DNA of 64,000 nucleotides from NCBI RefSeq assembly GCF_054482525.1, contig NZ_CM137006.1; one strand, 5' to 3'. Shown piece by piece: positions 63,963 to 64,000 of this stretch (position 1 is its first letter; each line of letters starts with the position of its first letter). The notes under the pieces were generated by a model. It saw only the letters and a program-made list of their open reading frames with translations, ran no database searches and was not told where the DNA came from. The position numbers and the translations under genes were made by a program.

Positions 63963-64000
63963 GGGTCAAAACCTCTTCTTTGTTCTTTGTGCCGCACACG

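Overview
This window is Escherichia coli chromosome from the clpX-lon to copA-ybaT region, in reverse orientation to the K-12 reference, and ends at its left edge in an accessory island. About 56 kb (7.5-64 kb) is conserved core genome: ybaT, glsA, copA, ybaP, chiX sRNA, ybaK, ushA, fsr, ybaL, gsk, aes, hemH, adk, htpG, recR, ybaB, dnaX, apt, ybaN, priC, ybaM, mscK, acrR-acrAB, tomB-hha, maa, ylaC, pdeB, ybaA, ffs (4.5S RNA), atl, ybaY, tesB, amtB-glnK, mdlBA, decR, cof, ybaE, queC, fadM, ybaV, ppiD, hupB, lon, clpX. Three things are not K-12-like. (1) Positions 1-7532 carry part of a type I secretion island: the first 5.7 kb of a GC-rich, highly repetitive giant Ig-like adhesin gene (minus strand, runs off the window) preceded by a TolC-family outer-membrane gene and an AT-rich promoter region; its N-terminus has a LapA-like retention module with a TAAG di-alanine motif. 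From memory this matches the RTX-exoprotein island (OI-28) of O157:H7 between ybaT and cueR, so it is probably a known island rather than a new system, but it is the most interesting locus here. (2) An IS200-family element (Y1 transposase TnpA) lies between htpG and adk. (3) ybaQ, which I recall lying between ybaP and copA in K-12, is absent. No CRISPR array, tRNA or rRNA was seen. Recoding sites in copA and dnaX, REP elements and several classical promoters/operators are readable directly. Many long plus-strand ORFs in the track are antisense artefacts of real genes.
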